Origin: Clostridia bacterium
Lineage (GTDB): Bacteria > Bacillota > Clostridia > UMGS1883
NCBI GenBank assembly: GCA_045636425.1
Contig: JAZTXM010000006.1
Coordinates: forward strand, 8,784-72,783
DNA length: 64,000 nucleotides
Direction: 5' to 3'
In this document: positions 46,876 through 57,186 of the stretch, piece after piece
Layout: each line of letters opens with the position of its first letter
Position numbering within the stretch: position 1 is the first letter of the stretch
Program-made: the position numbers and the translations under genes
The notes under the pieces: generated by a model
The model's input: only the letters and a program-made list of their open reading frames with translations
What the model was told of the DNA's origin: nothing
The model's database searches: none

Positions 46876-48285
46876 ATGACAAAGCGTATTACATGTGTAC
46901 TGATGATGTTCATCCTTGTGTCACAAGGATGCTTTGCACAGGACGTGTTTTTTGGAAAAGCCAGAACAGAGGAATATATTCCGATTAGCGGTTCGCTTTT
47001 TGAAAATTCCGAGGGTATAGCCTGCGAGGAAGATGAGCCGTCCATAAGCTTTTTTAACAATTTATCTTTCGAGGAATATATTCTTCAGGCGGTGACTGAA
47101 CGTGAGACTTTCCCCACGGAGATTCCGGGACTAGGTCAGTACAATCTTACAACAGAAGAATTTTTGAAATTATACAGAGATGTTGCGATGAGGAATCCCG
47201 AGGCATTTATAACACCGTCGTGTACGTACTACTACAATAGCAGTGGAATAGTTACAAGTGTAGTGCCTGAATATGTGCTTGAAAACAAAGCCGAGATGGA
47301 ATCTGCAATCTTTCAAATGAATGAGGCAATAAAGGAATATACAGACCTTGCTGCAAAGTATGATACAGAGCTTGAAAAATTGCTCGTAATCCATGATAAA
47401 ATGGTTGCCGAATGTGACTATGATGTGAATGTGCTGAATGAAGCAACTGAGAGTTTGGCAGAGCGTAGTGTATACCATGCCTTTGGTGCTTTGTGTAAAA
47501 GTAAAAAGAAGGCAGTGTGCCAGGGGTATTCACAGGCACTTTATATGATTGCCAATAAAATCGGTATAGAGATTGATTTTTGCCGCTCCGCAGAGAGAAA
47601 GCATATGTGGAACTATGTGAAGCTTGATGGCAAGTGGTACCACATGGATATGACCAATGACGACCCGTTAATCAAAGATGAAAACGGACTTGTTTCAGCA
47701 AGAAAAGACCCTCGTGCGAAGCATAGTTACTTCCTTGTGTCGGATAGCGGCCTTGAAAAGAGTATACATGGAACGGATTACGGCAATATCTTCGGCGAAA
47801 GATATACTTGTGACGATAAGCGGTACGAATCAGACCATTTGTTTAATATGAATCTGGTATTTACCGCTCAAAAAGATGAGAATGGATATTACACCGTTGA
47901 GATTGAAAACATAGTGGGACCATTGGGAACAGGTATTGCCATTCCGCTTAGAAGCAAAACCTTGTATACAGGCCCTGTGGTGACTTATCCGTTTGTAACA
48001 GAGACTCCCGTGGGTGTTACATCAAGCGGTCAATTAGTGACAAAACCGTGTCTTTACCTGGCGCAGTATGCGACAAAGGATATCCCCCCTGCAATTCCTT
48101 TTATAAAAATGGAGGATGGGATAAAGTCTTTCCCTGTGCAGGATGATTTCACAAAGGACAGCTATTATATGATAGGAATAGCAAGGGATGTGGAAAGTAA
48201 CCCCGTTTCGGAATTTTCTTCATTCCTCTTTGGAGAGGGGACGCTTTGCCCGCACTCAATCAACAAAAATTGGGTTTTGCGATAA
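46876..48285 (+). CDS. Secreted transglutaminase-like (cysteine protease fold) domain protein
   Basis: Signal peptide; Cys-His-Asp core (CQGYSQALY...HMWNYV...DMTNDDP). Confidence 0.6.
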   Translation: MTKRITCVLMMFILVSQGCFAQDVFFGKARTEEYIPISGSLFENSEGIACEEDEPSISFFNNLSFEEYILQAVTERETFPTEIPGLGQYNLTTEEFLKLYRDVAMRNPEAFITPSCTYYYNSSGIVTSVVPEYVLENKAEMESAIFQMNEAIKEYTDLAAKYDTELEKLLVIHDKMVAECDYDVNVLNEATESLAERSVYHAFGALCKSKKKAVCQGYSQALYMIANKIGIEIDFCRSAERKHMWNYVKLDGKWYHMDMTNDDPLIKDENGLVSARKDPRAKHSYFLVSDSGLEKSIHGTDYGNIFGERYTCDDKRYESDHLFNMNLVFTAQKDENGYYTVEIENIVGPLGTGIAIPLRSKTLYTGPVVTYPFVTETPVGVTSSGQLVTKPCLYLAQYATKDIPPAIPFIKMEDGIKSFPVQDDFTKDSYYMIGIARDVESNPVSEFSSFLFGEGTLCPHSINKNWVLR

Positions 48286-48435
48286 CGAGTCTTTTCGCCG
48301 AGAAATTTAATAGTTATAAAAGAGACACATTGGGGACAGTCCCCAATGTGTCTCTTTTTAGCTTAATTCATGGGCTTTTTATGTAAAAATAGAAAATTAT
48401 ACTTGACTTTTGCCCCGTAGGGTGGTACATTATTG

Positions 48436-48462
48436 TTAGCACTCAAAAAGGTTGAGTGCTAA
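48436..48462 (+). promoter_or_regulatory. CIRCE operator (TTAGCACTC-N9-GAGTGCTAA), HrcA binding site
   Basis: Perfect consensus inverted repeat immediately upstream of hrcA. Confidence 0.9.
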
Positions 48463-48485
48463 CAATAGAAAACGGAGGTGAGCAT

Positions 48486-49547
48486 ATGGAGCTTTCAAAC
48501 AGAAAAAAAGCTATTCTTCAGGCGATTATCGAGGATTATATTCAGACGGCAGAGCCCGTAGGCTCACGAAATATTGCAAAAAATCACGACCTTGGGCTAT
48601 CGGCGGCAACCATTCGTAACGAAATGGCGGATTTGGAGGAAATGGGCTATCTTGATAAGCCCCATACCTCTGCCGGAAGAATCCCATCGGAAATGGGCTA
48701 CAGATTCTATGTAGACAGTCTGATGCACCGCTACAGCCTTACCATGGAGGAAATTTCGAGCCTGCAAAGCAGTATGGACAGAAAGTATAGTCAGCTTGAA
48801 AATGTGATTTCTGAAATTTCCGACATTATTTCAAAAACCACAAACTACCCTGCCATCGTGGAGCTTCCTGCGGAAAACTCCTGTAGGCTCAAAAGTGTGA
48901 AAATGATGCTTATCGAGCAGGGAAGCGTGCTTATCGTCGTGGTGACCGATGCGGGCGTTGTCCGTAATCGTCATATGAAGGTTGGCGCAAATATCGACTA
49001 TGAGGTTGTGGATTCCATATCGGAATTTTTGTCAGGACAGCTTACGGGGCTTTGTGCGGAGGATTTCACCCCTGCCCGCCTCATGCTTATATATGAAGCG
49101 ATGGCGTCCTACGGTGACTTTTTAAAAACCGTTATCGAGTTTGTCCTTGAATGTTTGGGCAATTCAAAAAGCAGAGTTTATATCGGCGGAGCTTCCAATA
49201 TTCTTAATAATCCTGAATTTGAAAATATAGACCGTGCAAGGGAGTTTCTCACTTTCATTGACAGGAAAGAAAATGTGTCCCGTATGCTTAGCCTTACGGA
49301 AAGTGGGAATGATGAACATATCAGCATCAAAATCGGAAGCGAAAATCAGGCGCCCGAAATGCGTGACACGAGCCTGGTTGTTGCCAACTATAACGTCGGC
49401 GGTAAGCTTTACGGAAAAATCGGCATTATAGGCCCCAAGCGTATGAACTACGCCAGAGTGGTTTCATCGCTGGAGCTTATTAACAGGCAGCTCAGCGAAA
49501 TATTGGGCAGAATGATCTACGGAAAGGACGATACAGATGGCAACTAA
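48486..49547 (+). CDS. hrcA: Heat-inducible transcription repressor HrcA
   Basis: Start moved to ATG at 48486, downstream of CIRCE, RBS GGAGGTG; full-length HrcA similarity. Confidence 0.9.
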   Translation: MELSNRKKAILQAIIEDYIQTAEPVGSRNIAKNHDLGLSAATIRNEMADLEEMGYLDKPHTSAGRIPSEMGYRFYVDSLMHRYSLTMEEISSLQSSMDRKYSQLENVISEISDIISKTTNYPAIVELPAENSCRLKSVKMMLIEQGSVLIVVVTDAGVVRNRHMKVGANIDYEVVDSISEFLSGQLTGLCAEDFTPARLMLIYEAMASYGDFLKTVIEFVLECLGNSKSRVYIGGASNILNNPEFENIDRAREFLTFIDRKENVSRMLSLTESGNDEHISIKIGSENQAPEMRDTSLVVANYNVGGKLYGKIGIIGPKRMNYARVVSSLELINRQLSEILGRMIYGKDDTDGN

Positions 49548-50064
49548 GAAAAAGACAGAAGAAGCACAGGAAATCAAGGAGCAGGAAGTAACTGAAAGTG
49601 AAGAAGTAACCGAAGAAGCTCCTTTGGAAGAAGAAAACGAATTTGAAAAAAAGTACAACGATGTAAATGAAAAATATCTTCGCACACTTGCCGAATATGA
49701 TAACTATCGCAAGCGTACCATTAAAGAGAAGGAAAGCATTTACCCCGAAGCAAAGGCGGTGGTGATAGAAAAATTCCTACCCGTGCTTGACAATTTTCAG
49801 CGTGCGATTGAAAGTGCGGAGAATAAGGACGCTTTTTACGACGGCGTAGTAATGCTGAAAAAACAAATGGATGAAGTTCTTTCTGCTCTCGGCGTGGAAG
49901 AAATTAAAGCCGTGGGTGAGGAATTTAATCCCGAAGTTCACAATGCCGTAATGCATGTGGAGGACGAGGAAGCGGGCGAAAATATTATCGTGGAAGAATT
50001 TCAAAAAGGATATAAAATCGGCGACCGTGTAATAAGACACAGCATGGTAAAAGTAGCAAATTAA
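49537..50064 (+). CDS. grpE: Nucleotide exchange factor GrpE
   Basis: GrpE family; operon position. Confidence 0.9.
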   Translation: MATKKKTEEAQEIKEQEVTESEEVTEEAPLEEENEFEKKYNDVNEKYLRTLAEYDNYRKRTIKEKESIYPEAKAVVIEKFLPVLDNFQRAIESAENKDAFYDGVVMLKKQMDEVLSALGVEEIKAVGEEFNPEVHNAVMHVEDEEAGENIIVEEFQKGYKIGDRVIRHSMVKVAN

Positions 50065-50106
50065 CATAGCTTATAAATTTTTTAATATATTTGGAGGTAT
50101 ACAATC

Positions 50107-51927
50107 ATGGCAAAAATTATTGGTATTGACTTGGGTACAACAAACTCATGTGTAGCAGTTATGGAGGGTGGCGAGCCTGTAGTAATTGCAAACGCAGAAG
50201 GTGCGAGAACTACACCTTCCGTTGTAGCTTTCACAAAAACAGGTGAAAGACTTGTAGGTCAGGTAGCAAAGAGACAGGCGGTTACAAACCCTGACAGAAC
50301 AGTTATCTCTGTTAAGAGAGAAATGGGTACTAATTTCAAAGTAAACATTGACGATAAGAGCTATACTCCCCCCGAAATCAGTGCAATGGTGCTTGCAAAG
50401 CTCAAGGCTGATGCAGAAAGCTACCTTGGCGAAACTGTTTCACAGGCAGTAATCACAGTTCCTGCATATTTCTCCGATGCACAGCGTCAGGCTACAAAGG
50501 ATGCAGGTAAAATTGCAGGACTTGAAGTTCTTCGTATTATAAACGAGCCTACAGCAGCAGCATTCGCTTATGGTATGGATAAGGAAAATGACCAGAAAAT
50601 CATGGTTTATGACCTTGGCGGCGGTACATTCGACGTATCAATCCTCGATATCGGTGACGGCGTATTCCAGGTTCTTGCAACAAACGGTGATACACGCCTC
50701 GGCGGTGACGATTTTGACGAAGCTATCATTAAATATCTTGTAGATGAATTCAAGAAGGACAGCGGAATCGACCTTTCCACCGACCGTATGGCTATGCAGA
50801 GACTTAAGGAAGCGGCAGAAAAGGCAAAGATTGAGCTTTCAGGCGTTACCACAAGTAACACCAATCTTCCTTTCATCACAGCAGATGCAACAGGTCCCAA
50901 GCATCTTGATATCACTCTTACTCGTGCTAAGTTCAACGAGCTTACCGCAGAGTTAGTAGAGCGTACCATTATCCCCACAAAGAAAGCACTTCAGGATGCA
51001 GGTCTTTCAACAGGCGAAATCGATAAGGTTCTTATGGTCGGCGGCTCCAGCCGTATTCCTGCGGTTAACGAAGCAGTACAGAAGCTTATCGGCAAAGACC
51101 CCCACAAGGGAATCAACCCCGACGAATGTGTTGCACTCGGTGCGGCTATTCAGGCGGGCGTTCTCGGCGGTGATGTTACCGATATCGTTCTTCTTGACGT
51201 AACTCCCCTTTCTCTCGGTATTGAAACCATGGGCGGTGTTTGCACAAGACTTATCGAAAGAAATACAACAATCCCTGCAAGAAAGAGCCAGATTTTCTCC
51301 ACTGCGGCAGATAATCAGACCAGCGTAGACGTTCACGTTCTCCAGGGTGAGAGAGAAATGGCGGCAGATAATAAAACTCTCGGAAACTTCGTTCTTTCAG
51401 GCATTGCACCTGCACCCCGCGGAGTTCCGCAGATTGAAGTTACCTTTGATATTGATGCCAACGGTATCGTAAACGTAAGTGCAAAAGACCTTGGAACAGG
51501 TCAGGAGCAGAAGATTACAATCACAGCTTCCTCCAACCTTTCCGACGAAGATATTGACAAGGCTGTAAAAGAAGCTGAACAGTATGCAGAAGAGGATAAG
51601 AAGCGTAAAGAAGCTATCGAAATCCGCAATAATGCAGATCAGCTTGTATATCAGAGTGAAAAAACTCTTACGGAGCTTGGCGACAAGGTTGAGCAGGCTG
51701 ACAAGGATGCTGTTCAGACTGAGGTTGACAAGGTTAAGGAAGCACTCAAGGGTACTGACAACGAGCAGATTAAAGCGGCTACAGAGGCACTTCAGCAGAA
51801 GTTCTACGAAATCAGCACCAAGCTTTACCAGCAGGCTAACCCTCAGGCTGAGCCCGGTGCAAATGCACAGCCCGGCGGGGAAAATGTGTATGATGCAGAT
51901 TTCACAGACACAACAGACAATAATTAA
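50107..51927 (+). CDS. dnaK: Molecular chaperone DnaK (Hsp70)
   Basis: [18 protein letters not shown] and other Hsp70 signatures. Confidence 0.95.
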   Translation: MAKIIGIDLGTTNSCVAVMEGGEPVVIANAEGARTTPSVVAFTKTGERLVGQVAKRQAVTNPDRTVISVKREMGTNFKVNIDDKSYTPPEISAMVLAKLKADAESYLGETVSQAVITVPAYFSDAQRQATKDAGKIAGLEVLRIINEPTAAAFAYGMDKENDQKIMVYDLGGGTFDVSILDIGDGVFQVLATNGDTRLGGDDFDEAIIKYLVDEFKKDSGIDLSTDRMAMQRLKEAAEKAKIELSGVTTSNTNLPFITADATGPKHLDITLTRAKFNELTAELVERTIIPTKKALQDAGLSTGEIDKVLMVGGSSRIPAVNEAVQKLIGKDPHKGINPDECVALGAAIQAGVLGGDVTDIVLLDVTPLSLGIETMGGVCTRLIERNTTIPARKSQIFSTAADNQTSVDVHVLQGEREMAADNKTLGNFVLSGIAPAPRGVPQIEVTFDIDANGIVNVSAKDLGTGQEQKITITASSNLSDEDIDKAVKEAEQYAEEDKKRKEAIEIRNNADQLVYQSEKTLTELGDKVEQADKDAVQTEVDKVKEALKGTDNEQIKAATEALQQKFYEISTKLYQQANPQAEPGANAQPGGENVYDADFTDTTDNN

Positions 51928-51990
51928 TTGAACGAAAAGACAGGGACGGCGGCTCTCGCCGCCCCTGTAGTCCTTTGAGGTGGTAAGTAA

Positions 51991-53127
51991 ATGGAAAATA
52001 AGAGAGATTATTATGAAGTCCTCGGCGTACAAAAGGGTGCTTCGGACGATGAAATAAAAAAAGCATACAGAAGGCTTGCCAAGCAGTATCATCCCGACCT
52101 TAACAAGGACAATCCCGATGCCGCTGATAAATTCAAGGAAGCCTCCGAGGCTTACGATGTTTTAAGCGATAGCGAGAAGAGAAGCCGTTACGACCAGTTC
52201 GGCCATGCAGGGGTAGACCCCAATGCAGGCTTTGGCGGTGGCGGTTACGGCGGTGGTTTTGGCGGCTTTGATGTAGGTGATATTTTTGAAAGCTTTTTCG
52301 GCGGTGGTTTTGGCGGCGGCAGAGCAAGGAGAAACGGACCGGCGAAGGGCAGAGATATACAGCAGGCAATCGAGCTTACTTTTGAAGAAGCGGCATTCGG
52401 TTGCAAGAAGAAAATTACCATTATCCGCGGTGAAAAGTGTACAGAGTGCAGCGGAAGCGGTGCAAAGAAAGGAACTTCTCCCGAAAAGTGTTCAAGGTGT
52501 AACGGTACGGGACAGGTGCGAAGTGTTCAGAACACGCCTTTCGGTCAGTTTGCAAGCACTTCTGCATGTAATCAGTGCGGCGGTAAAGGAAGCACGATAA
52601 AAGACCCGTGTCCCATATGTAATGGAAGCGGACAGACACGCGAGCGTCGTGTGATAGAGGTTGACGTTCCCAAGGGCATTGACCACGGGCAGACCTTTGC
52701 AGTGTACGGCGAGGGTGAAGCAGGCACAAGAGGCGGTGGAAACGGAGACCTTCTCATAACAGTTTACGTAAAGGAAAGCAGTGTATTCCGCCGTGACGGA
52801 TTTAACGTTTACGTTGATGTTCCCATCACCTTTGTTCAGGCAACCCTGGGCTGCGAGATTGAAATTCCCACCATTGACGGTAAGGTATTGCAGAAGATTC
52901 CCGAGGGAACACAGCCGGGAACAAAATTCCGTCTTAAAGGCAGAGGAATCCCTGCCACACGCGGAGCTTCACGAGGCGATCAGTATGTACGCATAATCGT
53001 GGAGATTCCAAAGAATCTTTCTGCAAAACAGAGGGAAATCCTTCAAAAGTTTGCAGATGAAAGCAACGAAAAAAACTATAACCAGCGTAAAAAATTCACT
53101 GAAAAGCTTAAGGAATACTTTAAGTAA
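51991..53127 (+). CDS. dnaJ: Molecular chaperone DnaJ
   Basis: J-domain HPD, G/F-rich region and four CxxCxGxG zinc-finger repeats. Confidence 0.95.
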   Translation: MENKRDYYEVLGVQKGASDDEIKKAYRRLAKQYHPDLNKDNPDAADKFKEASEAYDVLSDSEKRSRYDQFGHAGVDPNAGFGGGGYGGGFGGFDVGDIFESFFGGGFGGGRARRNGPAKGRDIQQAIELTFEEAAFGCKKKITIIRGEKCTECSGSGAKKGTSPEKCSRCNGTGQVRSVQNTPFGQFASTSACNQCGGKGSTIKDPCPICNGSGQTRERRVIEVDVPKGIDHGQTFAVYGEGEAGTRGGGNGDLLITVYVKESSVFRRDGFNVYVDVPITFVQATLGCEIEIPTIDGKVLQKIPEGTQPGTKFRLKGRGIPATRGASRGDQYVRIIVEIPKNLSAKQREILQKFADESNEKNYNQRKKFTEKLKEYFK

Positions 53128-53141
53128 GGAGGGAAATTCTT

Positions 53142-54110
53142 ATGGATTGGCTTGCGGTAAGCATATATACAACCCCCGAGGGAATAGACCCTCTTTGCGG
53201 ACGACTTTACAATCTGGGAATTACAGGAGTAGAAATTCAGGACAAGGATGATTTTGAGGATTTCCTTGAAAACAATAAGCAGTACTGGGACTATGTGGAT
53301 GAGGAGCTTCGCGAGAAAATGAACGGCGAAACCCGCGTGAAAATATATGTCAGCGACAATGAAAACGGACATAAGCTTCTTAGCGGTGTGCGTGACGACC
53401 TTGTGTCCTTTAAAAGCCTTGATAGTGAGAATGTCTTCGGCTCGCTCAGAGTGGAAATCGACACCATGCACGAGGAGGACTGGGAAAATAACTGGAAGCA
53501 GTACTTTAAACCTATTTATGTAGGCGACAGGCTTGTAATCAAGCCCGAATGGGAAACCATAGCTGACGGAGAGGGAAAGATTGTATTCAATATTGACCCC
53601 GGTATGACGTTTGGAAGCGGTCAGCATGAAACCACACGCCTTTGCGTGGAAACACTGGATAAGACCGTGAAAAAAGGTGATAAGGTTCTTGACCTTGGCT
53701 GTGGCAGCGGTATTCTTTCGATTATCGCCCTTATGATTGGTGCAGGCGAAGCGAGAGCCGTCGACATTGACCCCAACTGCAAAAAAATAGCCTATTCAAA
53801 TGCCGCTCTTAACGGCATCGGGGAGGATGTGTACACCGTTCTTGACGGAAACATCCTCATTGATGAGGAATTTAAGAGCAGTACAGAAAAAAGCGGTCCC
53901 TACGACATTGTAGTTGCAAATATTGTGGCGGATGTTATTATCCCGCTTGCGAGCGATGTAAAACGTTATCTTAAAGACGGCGGCACATTCATTGCAAGCG
54001 GTATTATAGAGATGCGTATTGATGAGGTAAAAGCCGCAATCGAAGAAAACGGATTTACCATCGAGGAAATAAAGAAAGAGAATGACTGGTACTGCATAGT
54101 GTCAAGATAG
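53142..54110 (+). CDS. prmA: Ribosomal protein L11 methyltransferase
   Basis: PrmA family; SAM motif LDLGCGSGIL. Confidence 0.85.
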   Translation: MDWLAVSIYTTPEGIDPLCGRLYNLGITGVEIQDKDDFEDFLENNKQYWDYVDEELREKMNGETRVKIYVSDNENGHKLLSGVRDDLVSFKSLDSENVFGSLRVEIDTMHEEDWENNWKQYFKPIYVGDRLVIKPEWETIADGEGKIVFNIDPGMTFGSGQHETTRLCVETLDKTVKKGDKVLDLGCGSGILSIIALMIGAGEARAVDIDPNCKKIAYSNAALNGIGEDVYTVLDGNILIDEEFKSSTEKSGPYDIVVANIVADVIIPLASDVKRYLKDGGTFIASGIIEMRIDEVKAAIEENGFTIEEIKKENDWYCIVSR

Positions 54111-54123
54111 GAGATATAAGCAT

Positions 54124-54852
54124 ATGCCTAACTTCTACATAACAAAAAATGATATAACAGGTGATACGGCGGTAATTACAGGCGAAGAAGCACAGCATAT
54201 AAGCCGTGTGCTCCGTATGAAAAAAGGCGATGGGGTAACTCTTTGCGACGGAGAAGGGAATTTTTATGAGGCGGTTTTGACGGATTTTTCAGACAAAAGT
54301 GTTACAGCCGACATACTTTCTTCACGCAGGGCAGAAACGGAGCCCAAAGTGCAGATAACGATTTTCCAGGGCGTTCCCAAGAATCCCAAGCTTGAAACCA
54401 TCGTTCAGAAAGCCACGGAAATCGGAGTGGTGCGGATTGTGCCTGTAGACACTGTGCGTGCGGTGGCAAAGCTTGATAAAAGTGCCAAGGTGGACAGACT
54501 CCGCAAAATTGCAAAGGAAGCGGCAAAGCAAAGTAAACGCGGAATAATCCCTTATGTAAATGATGCCGTGAGCTTTAAGGAAGCGGTAAAAATGGCGTCC
54601 GAGGCAGACCTTGCATTGATTCCCTATGAGGAAGAAAGAGAAGTCTCGCTGAAAAAGGCACTTTCGGGGAAAAATCCCAAAACCATAGCCGTTATGATTG
54701 GCCCCGAGGGTGGCTTTGAGAAAGACGAAATTAATCTTGCAAAGGAAAGCGGCGTTATAAGCGTCACCTTAGGGAAAAGGATTTTGCGTACGGAAACTGC
54801 ACCTCTTGCAGTAAGTGCGGCAATACTTTACGAGCTTGGTGAAATGGAATAA
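54124..54852 (+). CDS. rsmE: 16S rRNA (uracil1498-N3)-methyltransferase
   Basis: RsmE (SPOUT) family. Confidence 0.8.
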   Translation: MPNFYITKNDITGDTAVITGEEAQHISRVLRMKKGDGVTLCDGEGNFYEAVLTDFSDKSVTADILSSRRAETEPKVQITIFQGVPKNPKLETIVQKATEIGVVRIVPVDTVRAVAKLDKSAKVDRLRKIAKEAAKQSKRGIIPYVNDAVSFKEAVKMASEADLALIPYEEEREVSLKKALSGKNPKTIAVMIGPEGGFEKDEINLAKESGVISVTLGKRILRTETAPLAVSAAILYELGEME

Positions 54853-54865
54853 AGGAGAGATTGAA

Positions 54866-56062
54866 ATGGCAATTTTTAATAAAGCGGATATCATGCTTCC
54901 CAAGGAAGCGGACCTTACAAAGTGGAGCGTGGTGGCGTGCGACCAGTACACATCACAGCCCGAATACTGGGAAAAGGCACAAGAACTTGTAGGAAACAGC
55001 CCCAGTACGCTTAACCTTGTGTACCCCGAAGCATTTCTCACGCAAGGGGACGGCAGAATTGCTGAAATTAATAAAACCATGAAAAGCTACTTGGAAAGCG
55101 GTATTTTCAAGACCTATGAAAACGCTTTTATATATATTGAAAGAACTCTTTCTGGCGGCAGAGTGAGAAAGGGAATAATAGGTGCGGTTGACCTTGAAGC
55201 ATATGATTTTCACAAGGGGGTTAAATGCCCTATCAGAGCTACCGAGGGTACGGTTCTTGAAAGAATTCCCCCAAGAGTAAAAATCCGTCAGGATGCACCA
55301 TTGGAGCTTCCTCATGTAATGCTCCTCATCGATGATGCGAAAAAATCAATCATAGAGAACGTGAAAAAGGGCGAAAAGCTCTATGATTTTGAGCTTATGG
55401 CAAACGGCGGTCACCTTGCAGGCTGGCTTGTTGACGATGCCAATGAGTTTGAGGCAAAGCTTGAAGCTTTTGCTCAGAATGCGGCAGACGGCCTTGTTTT
55501 TGCAGTTGGTGACGGAAACCATTCCCTTGCAACGGCAAAAACATGTTGGGAAAATATTAAAGGCACACTTACAAAAGAAGAACAGGAAACACATCCTGCA
55601 CGCTTCTGCCTGGTAGAAATTGAAAATATCCATGACGAGGTTCTGGAGTTTGAGCCTATACATAGGGTTGCTTTCGGGATTGAAGACGAAAAGCTCTTTA
55701 TCGACACTCTTATAAAAGAGCTTGATTGCACCGAGGAACAAAGCGGCGGACAGGAGATTGTTCTTGTAAAAGGGGAAAGCAGAAAGACCCTTTATATGAA
55801 TAACACCTCAAGCCCCATCAGCGTGGGAACGCTTCAGAAGTATTTAGATACCCTTTCATATGAGGTTGACTATATTCACGGTGATGATGTAGTTGCCTCC
55901 CTCAGTGCAAAGGACGGTGCTGTGGGCTTTCTTCTTCCCAAGCCCGAAAAGAGCAGCCTTTTTGAAACCGTTATCAAGGACGGGGCACTTCCCAGAAAGA
56001 CATTTTCCATGGGTGAGGCAAACGAAAAGCGTTACTACATGGAAGCAAAAAAGATTAAGTGA
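54866..56062 (+). CDS. DUF1015 family protein
   Basis: Start moved to ATG 54866 (RBS GGAGAG); conserved DUF1015 N-terminus. Confidence 0.55.
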   Translation: MAIFNKADIMLPKEADLTKWSVVACDQYTSQPEYWEKAQELVGNSPSTLNLVYPEAFLTQGDGRIAEINKTMKSYLESGIFKTYENAFIYIERTLSGGRVRKGIIGAVDLEAYDFHKGVKCPIRATEGTVLERIPPRVKIRQDAPLELPHVMLLIDDAKKSIIENVKKGEKLYDFELMANGGHLAGWLVDDANEFEAKLEAFAQNAADGLVFAVGDGNHSLATAKTCWENIKGTLTKEEQETHPARFCLVEIENIHDEVLEFEPIHRVAFGIEDEKLFIDTLIKELDCTEEQSGGQEIVLVKGESRKTLYMNNTSSPISVGTLQKYLDTLSYEVDYIHGDDVVASLSAKDGAVGFLLPKPEKSSLFETVIKDGALPRKTFSMGEANEKRYYMEAKKIK

Positions 56063-56334
56063 TTACGTTGTTGAAAAACGGCACCGACCGCAAAAACACT
56101 GAAAAAATTTCCAAAATTATTACGAAATTTACATAGAAAAAGGTATAAAATGCGTTCTTGCTGATAAAATGTAACATGAATCAAAAAACAAGAAACCCCT
56201 ATATATTGGGTTTCTTGTTTTTTTACGACACAAGTTTTTAAGAAAATGTTACAAAGTTATAACAAAAACCGCAAAAAAGCTTGACAAACGTCGTATTGTT
56301 AAGTATAATGATTCACGGTAAAGGACGTGATAAA

Positions 56335-57129
56335 ATGTTTATCAGCAAAAAGATAAAAAGGGCTGTGGCTGCCACAAGTGCGGCTATGGCGATTTTAATG
56401 AATACAGTTACCTCAATTGCGGCTCCCTTCACTTATGGCAGTGCCGATGATATCCGTGCAAAGGCACTTGGCGAATATCTTTCCTCAAGCGGCATAATCC
56501 TTGCAGGTACAGATTATCATTCAAGCTCCAAGAATGAAGCTGCGGCAGTTTCAACCAAACAGGTAACTGAAACCACACAGGTTTCTTACAACACAATTAA
56601 GAGAGTAAACACCTCTCTCCCCGCAGGATACACTAATGTTATCCGTGAAGGTGTAGAGGGCGAAAAAAGCGTTACTTATAAGGTAAAGTATCAGGGTGGC
56701 AAGGAAGTTTCAAGGGAGATAGTTTCCGAAACACTGCTCAAAGCACCTGTTGACAAAATCGTTGAATATGGCGATACTGATGCTAAGGTAAGCACTGCCT
56801 CCGATAACACTTCTTTCAGCTATAAGTATGTTATCGAATGTAAGGCAACGGCATATGACCTTTCCGCAGAAGAAAATGGCGGATACGCAGGGCAGAGTGC
56901 GACAGGCGTTCCCCTTGATAAGGGCGTAATCGCAGTAGACCCCAGAGTTATTCCTCTCGGTTCAAGAGTTTACATTGAAGCGCTTGACGGAAGCTGGTCT
57001 TACGGCTATGCGGTTGCGGCAGATACAGGCGGTGCAATCAAAGGAAAGCGTGTTGACCTTTGCTACAGAACTCAGAAGGAATGTATTCAGTTCGGTGTAA
57101 GACCTTGCAGAGTATATGTTCTGAGCTAA
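56335..57129 (+). CDS. Secreted G5-domain + 3D-domain protein (cell-wall-associated)
   Basis: Signal peptide; G5-like middle; C-terminal 3D domain (DLCY and other conserved Asp residues). Promoter TTGACA-17-TATAAT at 56281-56309. Confidence 0.6.
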   Translation: MFISKKIKRAVAATSAAMAILMNTVTSIAAPFTYGSADDIRAKALGEYLSSSGIILAGTDYHSSSKNEAAAVSTKQVTETTQVSYNTIKRVNTSLPAGYTNVIREGVEGEKSVTYKVKYQGGKEVSREIVSETLLKAPVDKIVEYGDTDAKVSTASDNTSFSYKYVIECKATAYDLSAEENGGYAGQSATGVPLDKGVIAVDPRVIPLGSRVYIEALDGSWSYGYAVAADTGGAIKGKRVDLCYRTQKECIQFGVRPCRVYVLS

Positions 57130-57143
57130 TCTAATCATAAATT

Positions 57144-57186
57144 TCAAATCACCTCATACACATAAAGTGTATGAGGTGATTTTTTA
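57144..57186 (+). terminator. Intrinsic terminator whose 3' arm contains the RBS of the downstream SpoVB-like gene
   Basis: aatcacctcataca...gtatgaggtgatt hairpin + TTTTTT, immediately followed by the ATG at 57186. Confidence 0.65.
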
